Virus record (IMG/VR): IMGVR_UViG_2526164599_000006
Direction: 5' to 3' (one strand)
Origin: a virus
Lineage: Duplodnaviria; Heunggongvirae; Uroviricota; Caudoviricetes
Length of the DNA stretch: 51,662 nt
Each line of letters starts with the position of its first letter. Position 1 is the first letter of the stretch. A model generated the notes under the pieces. That model saw only the letters and a list, made by a program, of their open reading frames with translations. It searched no databases and was not told the origin of the DNA. This document shows positions 40,727-51,662 of this stretch, one piece after another. A program made the position numbers and the translations under genes.

Positions 40727-41264
40727 AACGGGGGCTGAAGCCATCCGGGCACTGGCCACACAGCTCCCGGCGTTTCGTCAGAAACTGAGCGATGGCTGGT
40801 ATCAGGTACGGATTGCCGGGCGGGATGCAGGAGAAACCGAATTATCATCCCGTCTTAATGAGCCGCTGGCAAATGGTGCCGTGATCCACATCGTGCCGCG
40901 TCTTGCGGGAGCAAAAAGTGGCGGTGTGTTTCAGGCGGTGCTGGGTGCGGCGTTGATTGCTACGGCAATCTGGATGCCGGGGATCAGTATCGCTTTCAGT
41001 GACATTCTCTTTTCAATGGGTGCGGCGATGACGCTTGGTGGTGTGGCGCAGATGCTGGCACCGAAAGCCAGAACTCCACGTACACAGACAACGGATAACG
41101 GCAAACAGAACACCTATTTCTCCTCACTGGATAACATGGTTGCCCAGGGCAATGTCCTGCCTGTTCTGTACGGTGAAATGCGCGTGGGGTCACGTGTGGC
41201 ATCTCAGGAGATCAGCACGGCAGATGAAGGGGATGGTGGTCAGGTTGTGGTAATTGGGCGGTAA
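40624..41264 (+). pseudogene. I: tail assembly protein I, interrupted by a 1-nt frame disruption
   Basis: N-terminal 54 codons in frame 1 (ATG 40624, stop 40786..40788); remaining I-like sequence in frame 0 is open from 40599 to 41264 with no ATG; shift lies at AAA/GGGGG tracts 40726..40734. Confidence 0.5.
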
Positions 41265-41336
41265 TATTATTTACTCATGTTCTAACTGATTTAATATTTA
41301 TATCGAACACTGATAATTATTCTATTGGTTAGCTAT

Positions 41337-41675
41337 ATGAACAAAACGATTTTATTCTGCACGATTATTGCCTTAACAGGATGTAAATCTTTGGATTACG
41401 TAAAATCCGGAAAACCTGTAATGGAAGGTAATTCATTAAAAAATATTGATGAATTGTCAGGCTGCATATCCAGACAATGGGCTGGTAATGGAACACCTAT
41501 AACATCCCTTCCTATTGAGAATGGGGTAAGCCTTTTAGTTCCACAGGCTATGGGGGGATATGATGTTGTGCTTGATATCAAAAAAGCAGGAAATGGCAGT
41601 AGTTTTACTCTTTATGAACGTGTACCAGCATTAACGCCAAAAATTTTTGCTGATAGTGTTAATGCATGTAAATAA
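41337..41675 (+). CDS. lipoprotein of unknown function (moron between I and J)
   Basis: Product MNKTILFCTIIALTGCKS... with lipobox LTGC; AT-rich DNA; own terminator downstream. Confidence 0.5.
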   Translation: MNKTILFCTIIALTGCKSLDYVKSGKPVMEGNSLKNIDELSGCISRQWAGNGTPITSLPIENGVSLLVPQAMGGYDVVLDIKKAGNGSSFTLYERVPALTPKIFADSVNACK

Positions 41676-41699
41676 TAGTTAATCCTGCCGTAACTCATG

Positions 41700-41727
41700 A
41701 GCCGCCTTTTGGGCGGCTTTGTTGTTT
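41700..41727 (+). terminator. rho-independent terminator
   Basis: AGCCGCC-TTTTG-GGCGGCT followed by TTGTTGTTT. Confidence 0.5.
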
Positions 41728-41741
41728 ATGGAGTGTGAGGA

Positions 41742-44700
41742 ATGGGTAAAGGAAGCAGTAAGGGGCATACCCCGCGCGAAGCGAAGGACAACCTGAAGTC
41801 CACGCAGCTGCTGAGTGTGATCGATGCCATCAGCGAAGGGCCGGTTGAAGGTCCGGTGGACGGATTAAAAAGCGTGCTGCTGAACAGTACGCCGGTGCTG
41901 GACAGTGAGGGGAATACCAATATATCCGGTGTCACGGTGGTGTTCCGGGCAGGTGAGCAGGAGCAGACACCGCCGGAGGGATTTGAATCCTCCGGCTCCG
42001 AGACGGTGCTGGGTACGGAAGTGAAATATGACACGCCGATCACCCGGACCATCACGTCGGCAAACATCGACCGTCTGCGCTTTACCTTCGGTGTGCAGGC
42101 ACTGGTGGAAACCACCTCAAAGGGGGACAGGAATCCGTCGGAAGTCCGCCTGCTGGTTCAGATCCAGCGTAACGGTGGCTGGGTGACGGAAAAAGACATC
42201 ACCATTAAGGGCAAAACCACCTCGCAGTATCTGGCCTCGGTGGTGGTGGATAACCTGCCGCCGCGCCCGTTCAATATCCGGATGCGCAGGATGACGCCGG
42301 ACAGCACCACAGACCAGCTGCAGAACAAAACGCTCTGGTCGTCATACACCGAAATCATCGATGTGAAACAGGGCTACCCGAACACGGCACTGGTCGGCGT
42401 GCAGGTGGATTCGGAGCAGTTCGGCAGCCAGCAGGTGAGCCGTAATTATCATCTTCGCGGGCGCATTCTGCAGGTGCCGTCGAACTATAACCCGCAGACG
42501 CGGCAATACAGCGGTATCTGGGACGGAACGTTTAAGCCAGCATACAGCAACAACATGGCCTGGTGTCTGTGGGATATGCTGACCCATCCGCGCTACGGCA
42601 TGGGGAAGCGTCTCGGTGCGGCGGATGTGGACAAATGGGCGCTGTATGTCATCGGCCAGAATTGCGACCAGTCGGTGCCGGATGGCTTTGGTGGCACGGA
42701 GCCGCGCATCACCTGTAATGCCTACCTGACCACACAGCGCAAGGCGTGGGATGTTCTCAGTGATTTCTGCTCGGCGATGCGCTGTATGCCGGTATGGAAC
42801 GGGCAGACGCTGACGTTCGTGCAGGACCGACCGTCGGATAAGGTGTGGACCTATAACCGCAGTAATGTGGTGATGCCGGATGATGGCGCGCCGTTCCGCT
42901 ACAGCTTCAGCGCCCTGAAGGACCGCCATAATGCCGTTGAGGTGAACTGGATTGACCCGGATAACGGCTGGGAGACGGCGACAGAGCTTGTGGAGGATAC
43001 GCAGGCCATTGCCCGTTACGGTCGTAACGTCACGAAGATGGATGCCTTTGGCTGTACCAGCCGGGGGCAGGCACATCGCGCCGGGCTGTGGCTGATTAAA
43101 ACAGAACTGCTGGAAACGCAGACCGTGGACTTCAGCGTGGGCGCAGAAGGGCTTCGCCATGTGCCGGGCGATGTCATTGAAATCTGTGATGATGACTATG
43201 CCGGTATCAGCATCGGCGGGCGCGTGCTGGCGGTAAACAGCCAGACCCGGACGCTGACGCTCGACCGTGAAATCACGCTGCCATTCTCCGGTACCACGCT
43301 GATAAGCCTGGTTGACGGAAGTGGCAATCCGGTCAGCGTGGAGGTTCAGTCCGTCACCGACGGCGTGAAGGTGAAAGTGAGCCGTGTTCCTGACGGCGTT
43401 GCTGAATACAGCGTGTGGGGGCTGAAGCTGCCGACGCTGCGCCAGCGCCTGTTCCGCTGCGTGAGTATCCGTGAGAACGACGACGGCACATATGCCATCA
43501 CCGCCGTGCAGCATGTACCGGAAAAAGAAGCCATCGTGGATAACGGGGCGCACTTTGACGGCGACCAGAGCGGCACGGTGAATGGTGTCACGCCGCCAGC
43601 GGTGCAGCACCTGACTGCCGAAGTCACCGCAGACAGCGGGGAGTATCAGGTACTGGCCCGCTGGGACACGCCGAAGGTGGTGAAGGGCGTGAGCTTCCTG
43701 CTTCGCCTGACCGTGACAGCGGACGATGGCAGTGAGCGGCTGGTCAGCACGGCCCGGACGACGGAAACCACATACCGCTTCAGGCAGCTGGCGCTGGGGC
43801 GTTACATGTTGACGGTCCGGGCGGTAAATGCGTGGGGACAGCAGGGCGATCCGGCGTCGGTATCGTTCCGGATTGCCGCACCGGCAGCGCCGTCGCGGAT
43901 TGAGCTGACGCCGGGCTATTTTCAGATAACCGCCACGCCGCATCTTGCCGTTTATGACCCGACGGTACAGTTTGAGTTCTGGTTTTCGGAAAAGCGGATT
44001 ACCGATATCAGGAAGGTTGAAACCACAGCGCGCTATCTTGGCACGGGGCTGTACTGGATAGCCGCCAGTATCAATATCAAACCGGGCCATGATTATTATT
44101 TTTACGTTCGCAGTGTGAACACCGTTGGCAAATCGGCATTCGTGGAGGCTGTTGGTCAGCCGAGTGATGATGCATCCGGTTATCTGGATTTTTTCAAAGG
44201 CGAGATAGGGAAAACCCATCTGGCTCAGGAGCTGTGGACGCAGATTGATAACGGTCAGCTTGCGCCTGACCTGGCTGAAATCAGGACGTCCATTAAGGAT
44301 GTCAGCAATGAAATCACGCAGACCGTCAATAAGAAACTGGAAGACCAGAGTGCGGCAATTCAGCAGATACAGAAAGTTCAGGTTGATACAAATAATAACC
44401 TGAACAGCATGTGGGCTGTGAAGCTGCAACAGATGAAGGACGGACGCCTTTATATTGCGGGTATCGGTGCCGGTATTGAGAATACGCCAGCAGGAATGCA
44501 GAGTCAGGTGCTGCTGGCGGCAGACAGGATTGCGATGATTAATCCTGCGAATGGCAACACAAAGCCGATGTTTGTTGGTCAGGGCGATCAGATATTCATG
44601 AACGACGTGTTCCTGAAACGCCTGACGGCTCCGACCATTACCAGCGGCGGTAATCCTCCGGCATTTTCCCTGACACCGGACGGGCGGCTGACGGCGAAAA

Positions 44701-45221
44701 ATGCCGATATCAGCGGTAACGTGAATGCGAACTCCGGGACGCTCAACAACGTCACGATTAACGAGAACTGTCGGGTTCTGGGAAAACTGTCCGCCAACCA
44801 GATTGAAGGCGATCTCGTTAAAACAGTGGGCAAAGCTTTCCCCCGGGACTCCCGTGCACCGGAGCGGTGGCCATCAGGGACCATTACCGTCAGGGTTTAT
44901 GACGATCAGCCGTTTGACCGGCAAATTGTTATTCCGGCGGTGGCATTCAGTGGCGCTAAGCATGAGAGAGAGCATACTGATATTTACTCCTCATGCCGTC
45001 TGATAGTGCGGAAAAACGGTGCTGAAATTTATAACCGTACCGCGCTGGATAATACGCTGATTTACAGTGGCGTTATTGATATGCCTGCCGGTCACGGTCA
45101 CATGACACTGGAGTTTTCGGTGTCAGCATGGCTGGTAAATAACTGGTATCCCACAGCAAGTATCAGCGATTTGCTGGTTGTGGTGATGAAGAAAGCCACT
45201 ACAGGCATCACGATTAGCTGA
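41742..45221 (+). CDS. J: host specificity protein J (central tail fibre)
   Basis: 1159-aa ORF in lambda gpJ position and size. Confidence 0.9.
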   Translation: MGKGSSKGHTPREAKDNLKSTQLLSVIDAISEGPVEGPVDGLKSVLLNSTPVLDSEGNTNISGVTVVFRAGEQEQTPPEGFESSGSETVLGTEVKYDTPITRTITSANIDRLRFTFGVQALVETTSKGDRNPSEVRLLVQIQRNGGWVTEKDITIKGKTTSQYLASVVVDNLPPRPFNIRMRRMTPDSTTDQLQNKTLWSSYTEIIDVKQGYPNTALVGVQVDSEQFGSQQVSRNYHLRGRILQVPSNYNPQTRQYSGIWDGTFKPAYSNNMAWCLWDMLTHPRYGMGKRLGAADVDKWALYVIGQNCDQSVPDGFGGTEPRITCNAYLTTQRKAWDVLSDFCSAMRCMPVWNGQTLTFVQDRPSDKVWTYNRSNVVMPDDGAPFRYSFSALKDRHNAVEVNWIDPDNGWETATELVEDTQAIARYGRNVTKMDAFGCTSRGQAHRAGLWLIKTELLETQTVDFSVGAEGLRHVPGDVIEICDDDYAGISIGGRVLAVNSQTRTLTLDREITLPFSGTTLISLVDGSGNPVSVEVQSVTDGVKVKVSRVPDGVAEYSVWGLKLPTLRQRLFRCVSIRENDDGTYAITAVQHVPEKEAIVDNGAHFDGDQSGTVNGVTPPAVQHLTAEVTADSGEYQVLARWDTPKVVKGVSFLLRLTVTADDGSERLVSTARTTETTYRFRQLALGRYMLTVRAVNAWGQQGDPASVSFRIAAPAAPSRIELTPGYFQITATPHLAVYDPTVQFEFWFSEKRITDIRKVETTARYLGTGLYWIAASINIKPGHDYYFYVRSVNTVGKSAFVEAVGQPSDDASGYLDFFKGEIGKTHLAQELWTQIDNGQLAPDLAEIRTSIKDVSNEITQTVNKKLEDQSAAIQQIQKVQVDTNNNLNSMWAVKLQQMKDGRLYIAGIGAGIENTPAGMQSQVLLAADRIAMINPANGNTKPMFVGQGDQIFMNDVFLKRLTAPTITSGGNPPAFSLTPDGRLTAKNADISGNVNANSGTLNNVTINENCRVLGKLSANQIEGDLVKTVGKAFPRDSRAPERWPSGTITVRVYDDQPFDRQIVIPAVAFSGAKHEREHTDIYSSCRLIVRKNGAEIYNRTALDNTLIYSGVIDMPAGHGHMTLEFSVSAWLVNNWYPTASISDLLVVVMKKATTGITIS

Positions 45222-45288
45222 ATTTTATAACCCAGATACGGGCACCAGAAATGGTGCCTTTTTTATTGCAGAAAAGCGAGAGGTAATT

Positions 45289-45888
45289 ATGCGTAAATTA
45301 TGTGCTGTTATTCTGTCCGCAGTAGTCTGGCTGGTTGCCGCTGGTATGCCAGCGAGCGCAGCAGAGCATCAGTCCACACTAAGCGCCGGGTATCTTCAGA
45401 CCCATACTGATATGCCAGGCAGCGATGATCTGAACGGGATTAACGTGAAATACCGTTATGAGTTTACGGACACGCTGGGGCTGGTGACGTCATTCAGTTA
45501 TGCCAATGCCAAAGATGAGCAAAAAACGCATTACAGCGATACCCGCTGGCATGAAGATTCCGTTCGTAACCGCTGGTTCAGCGTAATGGCGGGGCCGTCT
45601 GTGCGCGTGAATGAATGGTTCAGCGCGTATGCGATGGCGGGTGTAGCTTACAGCCGTGTGTCGACTTTCTCCGGGGATTATCTTCGCGTAACTGACAACA
45701 AGGGGAAAAAGCACGATGTGCTGACCGGAAGTGATGACGGTCGCCACAGCAACACGTCTCTGGCGTGGGGGGCTGGCGTGCAGTTTAACCCGACCGAATC
45801 CGTGGCCATTGATATTGCTTATGAAGGCTCCGGCAGTGGTGACTGGCGCACTGACGGTTTCATCGTGGGTGTCGGTTATAAATTCTGA
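45289..45888 (+). CDS. lom: outer membrane protein Lom (Ail/Lom family)
   Basis: 199-aa ORF with signal peptide and beta-barrel signature ending in GYKF. Confidence 0.85.
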   Translation: MRKLCAVILSAVVWLVAAGMPASAAEHQSTLSAGYLQTHTDMPGSDDLNGINVKYRYEFTDTLGLVTSFSYANAKDEQKTHYSDTRWHEDSVRNRWFSVMAGPSVRVNEWFSAYAMAGVAYSRVSTFSGDYLRVTDNKGKKHDVLTGSDDGRHSNTSLAWGAGVQFNPTESVAIDIAYEGSGSGDWRTDGFIVGVGYKF

Positions 45889-45914
45889 TTAGCCAGGTAA
45901 CACAGTGTTATGAC

Positions 45915-45941
45915 AGCCCGCCGGTTCAGGCGGGCTTTTTT
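45915..45941 (+). terminator. rho-independent terminator
   Basis: AGCCCGCC-GGTTCA-GGCGGGCT followed by TTTTTTGT. Confidence 0.5.
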
Positions 45942-45952
45942 GTGGGGTGAAT

Positions 45953-48900
45953 ATGGCAGTAAAGATTTCAGGTGTACTGAAAGACGGCACAGGAAAACCG
46001 GTACAGAACTGCACAATCCAGCTGAAAGCAAAACGTAACAGCACCACGGTGGTGGTGAACACGCTGGCCTCAGAAAATCCGGATGAAGCCGGGCGTTACA
46101 GCATGGACGTTGAGTACGGTCAGTACAGCGTTATTCTGTTGGTGGAAGGGTTCCCGCCGTCACATGTCGGGACCATCACCGTGTATGAAGATTCCCGACC
46201 CGGTACGCTGAATGATTTTCTCGGTGCCATGACGGAGGATGATGCCCGTCCGGAGGCTCTGCGCCGTTTTGAACTGATGGTGGAAGAGGTGGCGCGTAAC
46301 GCGTCCGCGGTGGCACAGAACACGGCAGCCGCGAAGAAGTCAGCCGGCGATGCCGGCACATCTGCCCGTGAGGCGGCAACCCATGCGACTGATGCTGCAG
46401 GCTCAGCACGCGCAGCCAGCACGTCAGCCGGACAGGCCGCTTCGTCGGCTCAGTCAGCGTCTTCCAGCGCAGGAGCGGCATCAACAAAGGCCAGTGAAGC
46501 ATCGAAAAGTGCTGCTGCTGCAGAGTCCTCAAAAAGCGCGGCAGCTACCAGTGCCAGTGCCGCGAAAACGTCAGAAACGAATGCGGCAGCGTCACAACAA
46601 TCAGCAGCCACTTCTGCATCCACCGCGACCACGAAAGCGTCAGAAGCAGCCACTTCAGCACGGGATGCGTCGGCTTCAAAAGAGGCGGCAAAATCATCAG
46701 AAACGAACGCAGCCTCGAGCGCCAGCAGCGCAGCTTCCTCGGCAACGGCGGCAGCAAATTCTGCGAAGGCGGCAAAAACGTCCGAGACGAACGCCAGGTC
46801 TTCTGAAACGGCAGCGGGACAGAGCGCCTCAGCTGCGGCAGACTCAAAAACAGCGGCTGCATTATCTGCCAGTGCCGCGTCAACAAGTGCCGGGCAGGCC
46901 TCAGCCAGTGCCACCGCCGCCGGAAAATCGGCAGAAAGTGCTGCATCGTCTGCTTCAACAGCCACAACGAAGGCTGGCGAAGCCGCTGTACAGGCCAGCG
47001 CAGCAGCGAGGTCTGCTTCCGCAGCGAAGACATCCGAGACGAACGCGAAAGCGTCGGAAACCAGCGCAGAATCCTCAAAAACGGCTGCCGCATCGTCCGC
47101 CAGTTCGGCGGCGTCATCGGCATCATCTGCGTCTGCTTCAAAAGATGAGGCGACCAGACAGGCGTCAGCAGCAAAGGGCAGCGCCACGACGGCATCCACG
47201 AAGGCGACAGAGGCAGCTGGCAGTGCGACGGCGGCAGCTCAGAGCAAAAGTACGGCGGAATCCGCGGCAACGCGCGCTGAGACAGCGGCAAAACGGGCAG
47301 AGGATATTGCATCCGCCGTGGCGCTTGAGGATGCGAGCACGACGAAAAAGGGGATAGTACAGCTCAGCAGTGCGACTAACAGCACTTCCGAGTCACTGGC
47401 GGCAACGCCAAAAGCCGTTAAGGCCGCGTATGAGCTGGCTAACGGGAAATACACCGCACAGGATGCAACGACAGCACAGAAAGGGATAGTTCAGCTTAGC
47501 AACGCGACCAACAGCACATCTGAAATGCTGGCGGCAACGCCAAAGTCGGTAAAGGCAGCCTATGACCTTGCTAACGGGAAATATACTGCTCAGGACGCTA
47601 CGACAGCACAAAAAGGAATTGTCCAGCTCAGTAGTGCAACCAACAGCACATCTGAAATGCTGGCGGCAACGCCAAAGTCGGTAAAGGCAGCCTATGACCT
47701 TGCTAACGGGAAATATACTGCTCAGGACGCTACGACAGCACAAAAAGGAATTGTCCAGCTCAGTAGTGCAACCAACAGCGCATCTGAAACGCTTGCCGCG
47801 ACACCGAAAGCAGTGAAAGCAGCTAATGATAATGCGAATGGTCGGGTACCTTCTGCCCGTAAGGTGAATGGTAAGGCGCTTTCAGCGGATATAACACTGA
47901 CGCCGAAAGATATTGGTACGCTTAACTCAACAACAATGTCATTCAGCGGTGGTGCTGGTTGGTTCAAATTAGCAACGGTAACCATGCCACAGGCGAGTTC
48001 TGTTGTTTCAATTACGTTGATTGGTGGTGCGGGATTTAACGTGGGGTCACCTCAACAGGCAGGTATATCTGAACTTGTTTTGCGTGCAGGTAATGGTAAT
48101 CCGAAGGGGATTACTGGTGCTTTATGGCAGCGCACATCGACAGGGTTTACAAATTTTGCCTGGGTCAATACATCTGGTGATACTTACGATATTTACGTTG
48201 CAATCGGAAATTATGCGACTGGTGTAAATATTCAATGGGATTATACCAGTAATGCCAGCGTGACGATTCATACGTCACCAGCATATTCTGCTAATAAGCC
48301 GGAAGGGTTAACGGACGGTACAGTTTATTCACTCTATACGCCATCAGAGCAGTTTTATCCGCCTGGCGCACCAATCCCGTGGCCATCAGATACCGTTCCG
48401 TCTGGCTATGCCCTGATGCAGGGGCAGACTTTTGACAAATCTGCATACCCGAAACTTGCAGCCGCTTATCCGTCAGGCGTGATCCCTGATATGCGTGGCT
48501 GGACGATTAAGGGCAAACCCGCCAGTGGTCGTGCCGTATTGTCTCAGGAACAGGACGGCATTAAATCGCACACCCACAGCGCCAGCGCATCCAGTACGGA
48601 TTTGGGGACGAAAAACACATCGTCGTTTGATTACGGAACCAAATCCACGAATAACACCGGGGCGCATACGCACAGTCTGAGTGGCTCTACGGGGTCTGCC
48701 GGTGATCATACTCATGGTAATGGTATTCGTTGGCCAGGAGGCGGCGGTTCTGCGTTAGCATTTTATGATGGCGGTGGGTTCACTTATGTCCAGGATTCAC
48801 AGTATCAAGTAAGCCCGGGGACTTCTTCCCGTAGATCGTATTATCAACGTATTCAGACACAGTCAGCAGGTGCTCATACCCACTCGCTGTCTGGTACTGC

Positions 48901-49060
48901 AGCAAGTTCTGGCGCACATGCACATACTGTAGGTATTGGTGCGCATACGCACTCCGTTGCGATTGGTTCACATGGACACACCATCACCGTTAACGCTGCT
49001 GGTAACGCGGAAAACACCGTCAAAAACATCGCATTTAACTATATTGTGAGGCTTGCATAA
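45953..49060 (+). CDS. stf: side tail fibre protein Stf
   Basis: About 1035-aa product (track start GTG 45947); Ala/Ser-rich low-complexity region, four 44-aa tandem repeats, His-rich C-terminal region (HTHS repeats). Confidence 0.85.
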   Translation: MAVKISGVLKDGTGKPVQNCTIQLKAKRNSTTVVVNTLASENPDEAGRYSMDVEYGQYSVILLVEGFPPSHVGTITVYEDSRPGTLNDFLGAMTEDDARPEALRRFELMVEEVARNASAVAQNTAAAKKSAGDAGTSAREAATHATDAAGSARAASTSAGQAASSAQSASSSAGAASTKASEASKSAAAAESSKSAAATSASAAKTSETNAAASQQSAATSASTATTKASEAATSARDASASKEAAKSSETNAASSASSAASSATAAANSAKAAKTSETNARSSETAAGQSASAAADSKTAAALSASAASTSAGQASASATAAGKSAESAASSASTATTKAGEAAVQASAAARSASAAKTSETNAKASETSAESSKTAAASSASSAASSASSASASKDEATRQASAAKGSATTASTKATEAAGSATAAAQSKSTAESAATRAETAAKRAEDIASAVALEDASTTKKGIVQLSSATNSTSESLAATPKAVKAAYELANGKYTAQDATTAQKGIVQLSNATNSTSEMLAATPKSVKAAYDLANGKYTAQDATTAQKGIVQLSSATNSTSEMLAATPKSVKAAYDLANGKYTAQDATTAQKGIVQLSSATNSASETLAATPKAVKAANDNANGRVPSARKVNGKALSADITLTPKDIGTLNSTTMSFSGGAGWFKLATVTMPQASSVVSITLIGGAGFNVGSPQQAGISELVLRAGNGNPKGITGALWQRTSTGFTNFAWVNTSGDTYDIYVAIGNYATGVNIQWDYTSNASVTIHTSPAYSANKPEGLTDGTVYSLYTPSEQFYPPGAPIPWPSDTVPSGYALMQGQTFDKSAYPKLAAAYPSGVIPDMRGWTIKGKPASGRAVLSQEQDGIKSHTHSASASSTDLGTKNTSSFDYGTKSTNNTGAHTHSLSGSTGSAGDHTHGNGIRWPGGGGSALAFYDGGGFTYVQDSQYQVSPGTSSRRSYYQRIQTQSAGAHTHSLSGTAASSGAHAHTVGIGAHTHSVAIGSHGHTITVNAAGNAENTVKNIAFNYIVRLA
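47338..47850 (+). repeat. tandem 132-bp repeats (about 4 units) inside stf
   Basis: Near-identical units beginning at about 47338, 47470, 47602 and 47734, each encoding [18 protein letters not shown]...AYDLANG. Confidence 0.7.
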
Positions 49061-49644
49061 TGGCATTCAGAATGAGTGAACAAGCACGGACCATAAAAAT
49101 TTATAATCTGCTGGCCGGAACTAATGAATTTATTGGTGAAGGTGACGCATATATTCCGCCTCATACAGGTCTGCCAGCAAACAGTACCGATATTGCACCA
49201 CCAGATATTCCTGCTGGCTTTGTGGCTGTTTTCAACAGTGATGAGGCATCGTGGCATCTCGTTGAAGACCATCGGGGAAAAACGGTTTATGACGTAGCGT
49301 CAGGGGACGAGTTATTTATTTCTGAACTCGGTCCGTTACCGGAAAATGTTACCTGGTTATCGCCGGAAGGGGAGTTTCAGAAGTGGAACGGCACAGCCTG
49401 GGTGAAGGATACGGAAGCAGAAAAAATGTTCCGGATCCGGGAGGCGGAAGAAACAAAAAACAACCTGATGCAGGTAGCCAGTGAGCATATTGCGCCGCTT
49501 CAGGATGCTGCAGATCTGGAAATTGCAACGGAGGAAGAAACCTCATTGCTGGAAGCCTGGAAAAAGTATCGGGTGTTGCTGAACCGTGTTGATACATCAA
49601 CTGCACCTGATATTGAGTGGCCTACGAACCCTGTCAGGGAGTAA
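49060..49644 (+). CDS. tfa: tail fibre assembly protein Tfa
   Basis: 194-aa ORF overlapping stf stop; Tfa-like N- and C-termini. Confidence 0.85.
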   Translation: MAFRMSEQARTIKIYNLLAGTNEFIGEGDAYIPPHTGLPANSTDIAPPDIPAGFVAVFNSDEASWHLVEDHRGKTVYDVASGDELFISELGPLPENVTWLSPEGEFQKWNGTAWVKDTEAEKMFRIREAEETKNNLMQVASEHIAPLQDAADLEIATEEETSLLEAWKKYRVLLNRVDTSTAPDIEWPTNPVRE

Positions 49645-49693
49645 TCATTGGGATTATGCCGCAGCACGTCTTAAGCAAGAACGTGCTGCGGTT
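49483..49693 (+). repeat. direct repeat copy 1 (tfa 3' end plus downstream hairpin)
   Basis: About 90 percent identical to 50532..50743; includes an 11-bp perfect-stem hairpin CCGCAGCACGT...ACGTGCTGCGG. Confidence 0.7.
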
Positions 49694-49698
49694 GGATG

Positions 49699-50367
49699 CT
49701 ATTTTTTCCCTGAAGCGGAAAACATTACTACAGTACCTTGAACCTTGGTTTTAACATTCTCGAAATGCTCTGAGAGTATATGTGTTAAGCCTTCTTCGGA
49801 ATCTTTTGTGTTTGAAAAGATGCCTTTCTGATTGTAAATGCGCATCAGTTTTTGACCGAAGCTATTGTGCACAACTCCATCGCCAAGAATTGTGGCTCCG
49901 TATAGAGTTCCATCGTCAGTTAAGGCCTGCGCCGCATTGCGTATTACACAGCTTTTTGTAGATATATTTCCAGGCAGGCAGTGAAGAAGGTAAAACATGG
50001 AAATGGAATCAAATTGACCATGTAACGCCGCGGGATAAGGTTCAAAAACATCATGGCTAATTTTATGTTTAATTTTTGATTCCCCAGCCCTTGTAGATGC
50101 CGCGTTCAGGCTAGCTTCGTTCAAATCCATTAAAGATATCAGACTACTCTCAGGTACGTGAGTAAGGTAAAACCCAGTTCCAACACCAATATCCAGATGG
50201 TTGTTACCTACATGTTCCAGAAAGTGTGGAAGAAGGTGTTCCTTTGTAGGACATCCCCATGCAAGCCGATTTGATACTCCCAAAACCCACCAGTCATAAA
50301 GCTTTAGGGTAAGTGGTGTGTAAATTTTAGCCCCATCATCTGTGTTTTTTTTCATTGATTTCACCAT
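49699..50367 (-). CDS. class I SAM-dependent methyltransferase (substrate unknown)
   Basis: 222-aa ORF with motif I LDIGVGTG; AT-rich DNA; opposite strand to late operon. Confidence 0.55.
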   Translation of the reverse strand: MVKSMKKNTDDGAKIYTPLTLKLYDWWVLGVSNRLAWGCPTKEHLLPHFLEHVGNNHLDIGVGTGFYLTHVPESSLISLMDLNEASLNAASTRAGESKIKHKISHDVFEPYPAALHGQFDSISMFYLLHCLPGNISTKSCVIRNAAQALTDDGTLYGATILGDGVVHNSFGQKLMRIYNQKGIFSNTKDSEEGLTHILSEHFENVKTKVQGTVVMFSASGKK

Positions 50368-50423
50368 GTTATAGTTTTATTTGTGAATTAAATCAATTAT
50401 GGCGATGAATTACAAGGGGTTAA

Positions 50424-50693
50424 ATGCTGCCGCAGCATAGCGATATTGAAATAGCCTGGTATGCTTCGATACAGCAGGAGCCGAATGGCTGGAAGACCGT
50501 CACCACACAGTTCTACATCCAGGAATTCAGTGAGTATATTGCGCCACTGCAGGATGCTGTAGATCTGGAAATCGCAACGGAGGAAGAAAGATCGTTGCTG
50601 GAGGCATGGAATAAATATCGGGTATTGTTGAATCGTGTTGATACATCAACTGCACCTGATATTGAGTGGCCTGCAAATCCTGTCAGGGAGTAA
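50424..50693 (+). pseudogene. tail fibre assembly gene fragment (duplicated tfa C-terminal region)
   Basis: 89-aa ORF whose C-terminal about 55 aa nearly match the Tfa C-terminus; N-terminal part unrelated. Confidence 0.5.
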
Positions 50694-50743
50694 TCATTGG
50701 GATTATGCCGCAGACACGTCGTATGCAGGAACGTGCTGCGGTT
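50532..50743 (+). repeat. direct repeat copy 2 (tfa 3' end plus downstream hairpin)
   Basis: Matches 49483..49693. Confidence 0.7.
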
Positions 50744-50807
50744 AGTTTGTGAGCTTTCGATAGTGGTTGTTATTTTTGCCCTTATTTGTTCCGGAGGCCA
50801 TGGTTCA

Positions 50808-50978
50808 ATGGTCCGTCTGCCCCCTGTGGTGATGTCAGCAAAATCAGCCACTGCGCGAACCACAATAGCCCGGGAAGATGCTGAAGATCACCAGGTAAAG
50901 CTGTCAGCGCAGAAACTGGAAGAACTGCTCGCATCAATGGTTAAGGATGAGGTTGATCGCAATGATGGGATTTATTGA
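50808..50978 (+). CDS. hypothetical small protein
   Basis: 56-aa product from internal Met (MVRLPPVVMSAKSATAR...) of the 93-aa ORF. Confidence 0.3.
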   Translation: MVRLPPVVMSAKSATARTTIAREDAEDHQVKLSAQKLEELLASMVKDEVDRNDGIY

Positions 50979-51072
50979 CGTCAGCGAGAGCAGAAGGAAG
51001 AACTGAATAACCTGAATGATTTACGCTCAATCAGAGCGATGGCGATTAGCGGCAATCACGCTCGATAAAATT

Positions 51073-51097
51073 AACCCCGGTGATCATCCGGGGTTTT
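51073..51097. terminator. bidirectional terminator-like hairpin
   Basis: AACCCCGG-TGATCAT-CCGGGGTT with T-run on plus strand and A/T-rich flank on minus strand; lies between convergent genes. Confidence 0.45.
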
Positions 51098-51104
51098 GCA
51101 TTCA

Positions 51105-51662
51105 TTAAAACCGCATCAACCTTTCCACCAATTGTTCTTTACGGGCAACGATCCACCCATGTTGCTCCAGATAAAATTTAAACCGTTCCAGCGTGCATAC
51201 CATCGCATCGGCGGGGACTTTTTCTGTGAACTCGACCTGACCGTGTTTATCGAAGTGGATCAGTAATGCGCATCCATTATTTGGGGCGGGGGAGTTTTGT
51301 GCTGCAGGAGGACGTTTGTGGAGTTCTTCTTCCATTGCGTTAAATTTTTCAATGTAAGCTTCTTTTAGTCTGGCTGCTTTTTTGCCAGTAAATCCCATTA
51401 CGAGGAACATGAAGCCGTCTTTTGTGATCAGGTAGCATCGTGATTCACGTTCTGCGCCGTTGCCAATTTCGACAGTCTGAACATCGGCCGAAAAGTTGGC
51501 TGATGTAAATTCGGGAGAGCAGTCGAGTGTGTCAATCTTAGCTAAAACGTGTTTATGTTGTTTATCGAAGTAGTCGGCAACAGCTTGAGAGGTGGTAACC
51601 AGGCGACCATCTTTGAAAAAGACTTTTGGTGACTCGTTAGAAAAAGTTATAGCTGTATTCAT
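51105..51662 (-). CDS. Rha-family phage regulatory protein (antirepressor-like)
   Basis: 185-aa ORF; N-terminus (VTTSQAVADYFDKQHKHVLAKI) typical of Rha/ORF6N; start codon at the window edge, so the true N-terminus could lie outside. Confidence 0.55.
   Translation of the reverse strand: MNTAITFSNESPKVFFKDGRLVTTSQAVADYFDKQHKHVLAKIDTLDCSPEFTSANFSADVQTVEIGNGAERESRCYLITKDGFMFLVMGFTGKKAARLKEAYIEKFNAMEEELHKRPPAAQNSPAPNNGCALLIHFDKHGQVEFTEKVPADAMVCTLERFKFYLEQHGWIVARKEQLVERLMRF

Noticed and set aside
42342-44429. 695-aa ORF on the minus strand
   Set aside because: Entirely antisense to the J host-specificity gene; composition artefact.
46350-47357. 335-aa plus-strand ORF and two minus-strand ORFs (46450..47199, 46545..47312) within stf
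   Set aside because: Alternative-frame or antisense readings of the Ala/Ser-rich low-complexity region of the side tail fibre gene; highly biased Arg/Pro/Gln or Ala/Asp composition.

Overview
The window is almost entirely one lambdoid prophage of Escherichia/Shigella type, read from its integrase end (int at 1..1131, minus strand) through early, regulatory, lysis, packaging, head, tail and tail-fibre genes; both prophage ends lie outside the window. The structural module (cos, Nu1, A, W, B, C/Nu3, D, E, FI, FII, Z, U, V, G/G-T, H, M, L, K, I, J, Lom, Stf, Tfa) is colinear with phage lambda. The regulatory and lysis region resembles Qin/Stx-phage architecture: hok-family toxin, DUF968-like protein, RusA, Q antiterminator, an N6-adenine methyltransferase, two tRNAs, a NanS-p-like esterase, pinholin, SAR endolysin and Rz/Rz1. 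No stx genes are present; the equivalent slot holds about 1.5 kb of AT-rich DNA with unrecognised ORFs. Other accessory content: an IS21-family element inserted in the early-left operon, a ParE-family toxin-antitoxin module co-located with the repressor-like gene in the immunity region, a lipoprotein gene between tail genes I and J, and a methyltransferase cassette flanked by duplicated tfa 3' ends. Two genes (repressor-like gene and tail gene I) carry single-nucleotide frame disruptions at homopolymer tracts, which may be real or sequencing artefacts. I did not find a clearly novel multi-gene system; the best candidates for undescribed cargo are the stx-slot DNA, the tfa-flanked methyltransferase cassette and the I-J lipoprotein. 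All calls rest on reading the supplied ORF translations and sequence against remembered family features; no database search was run.
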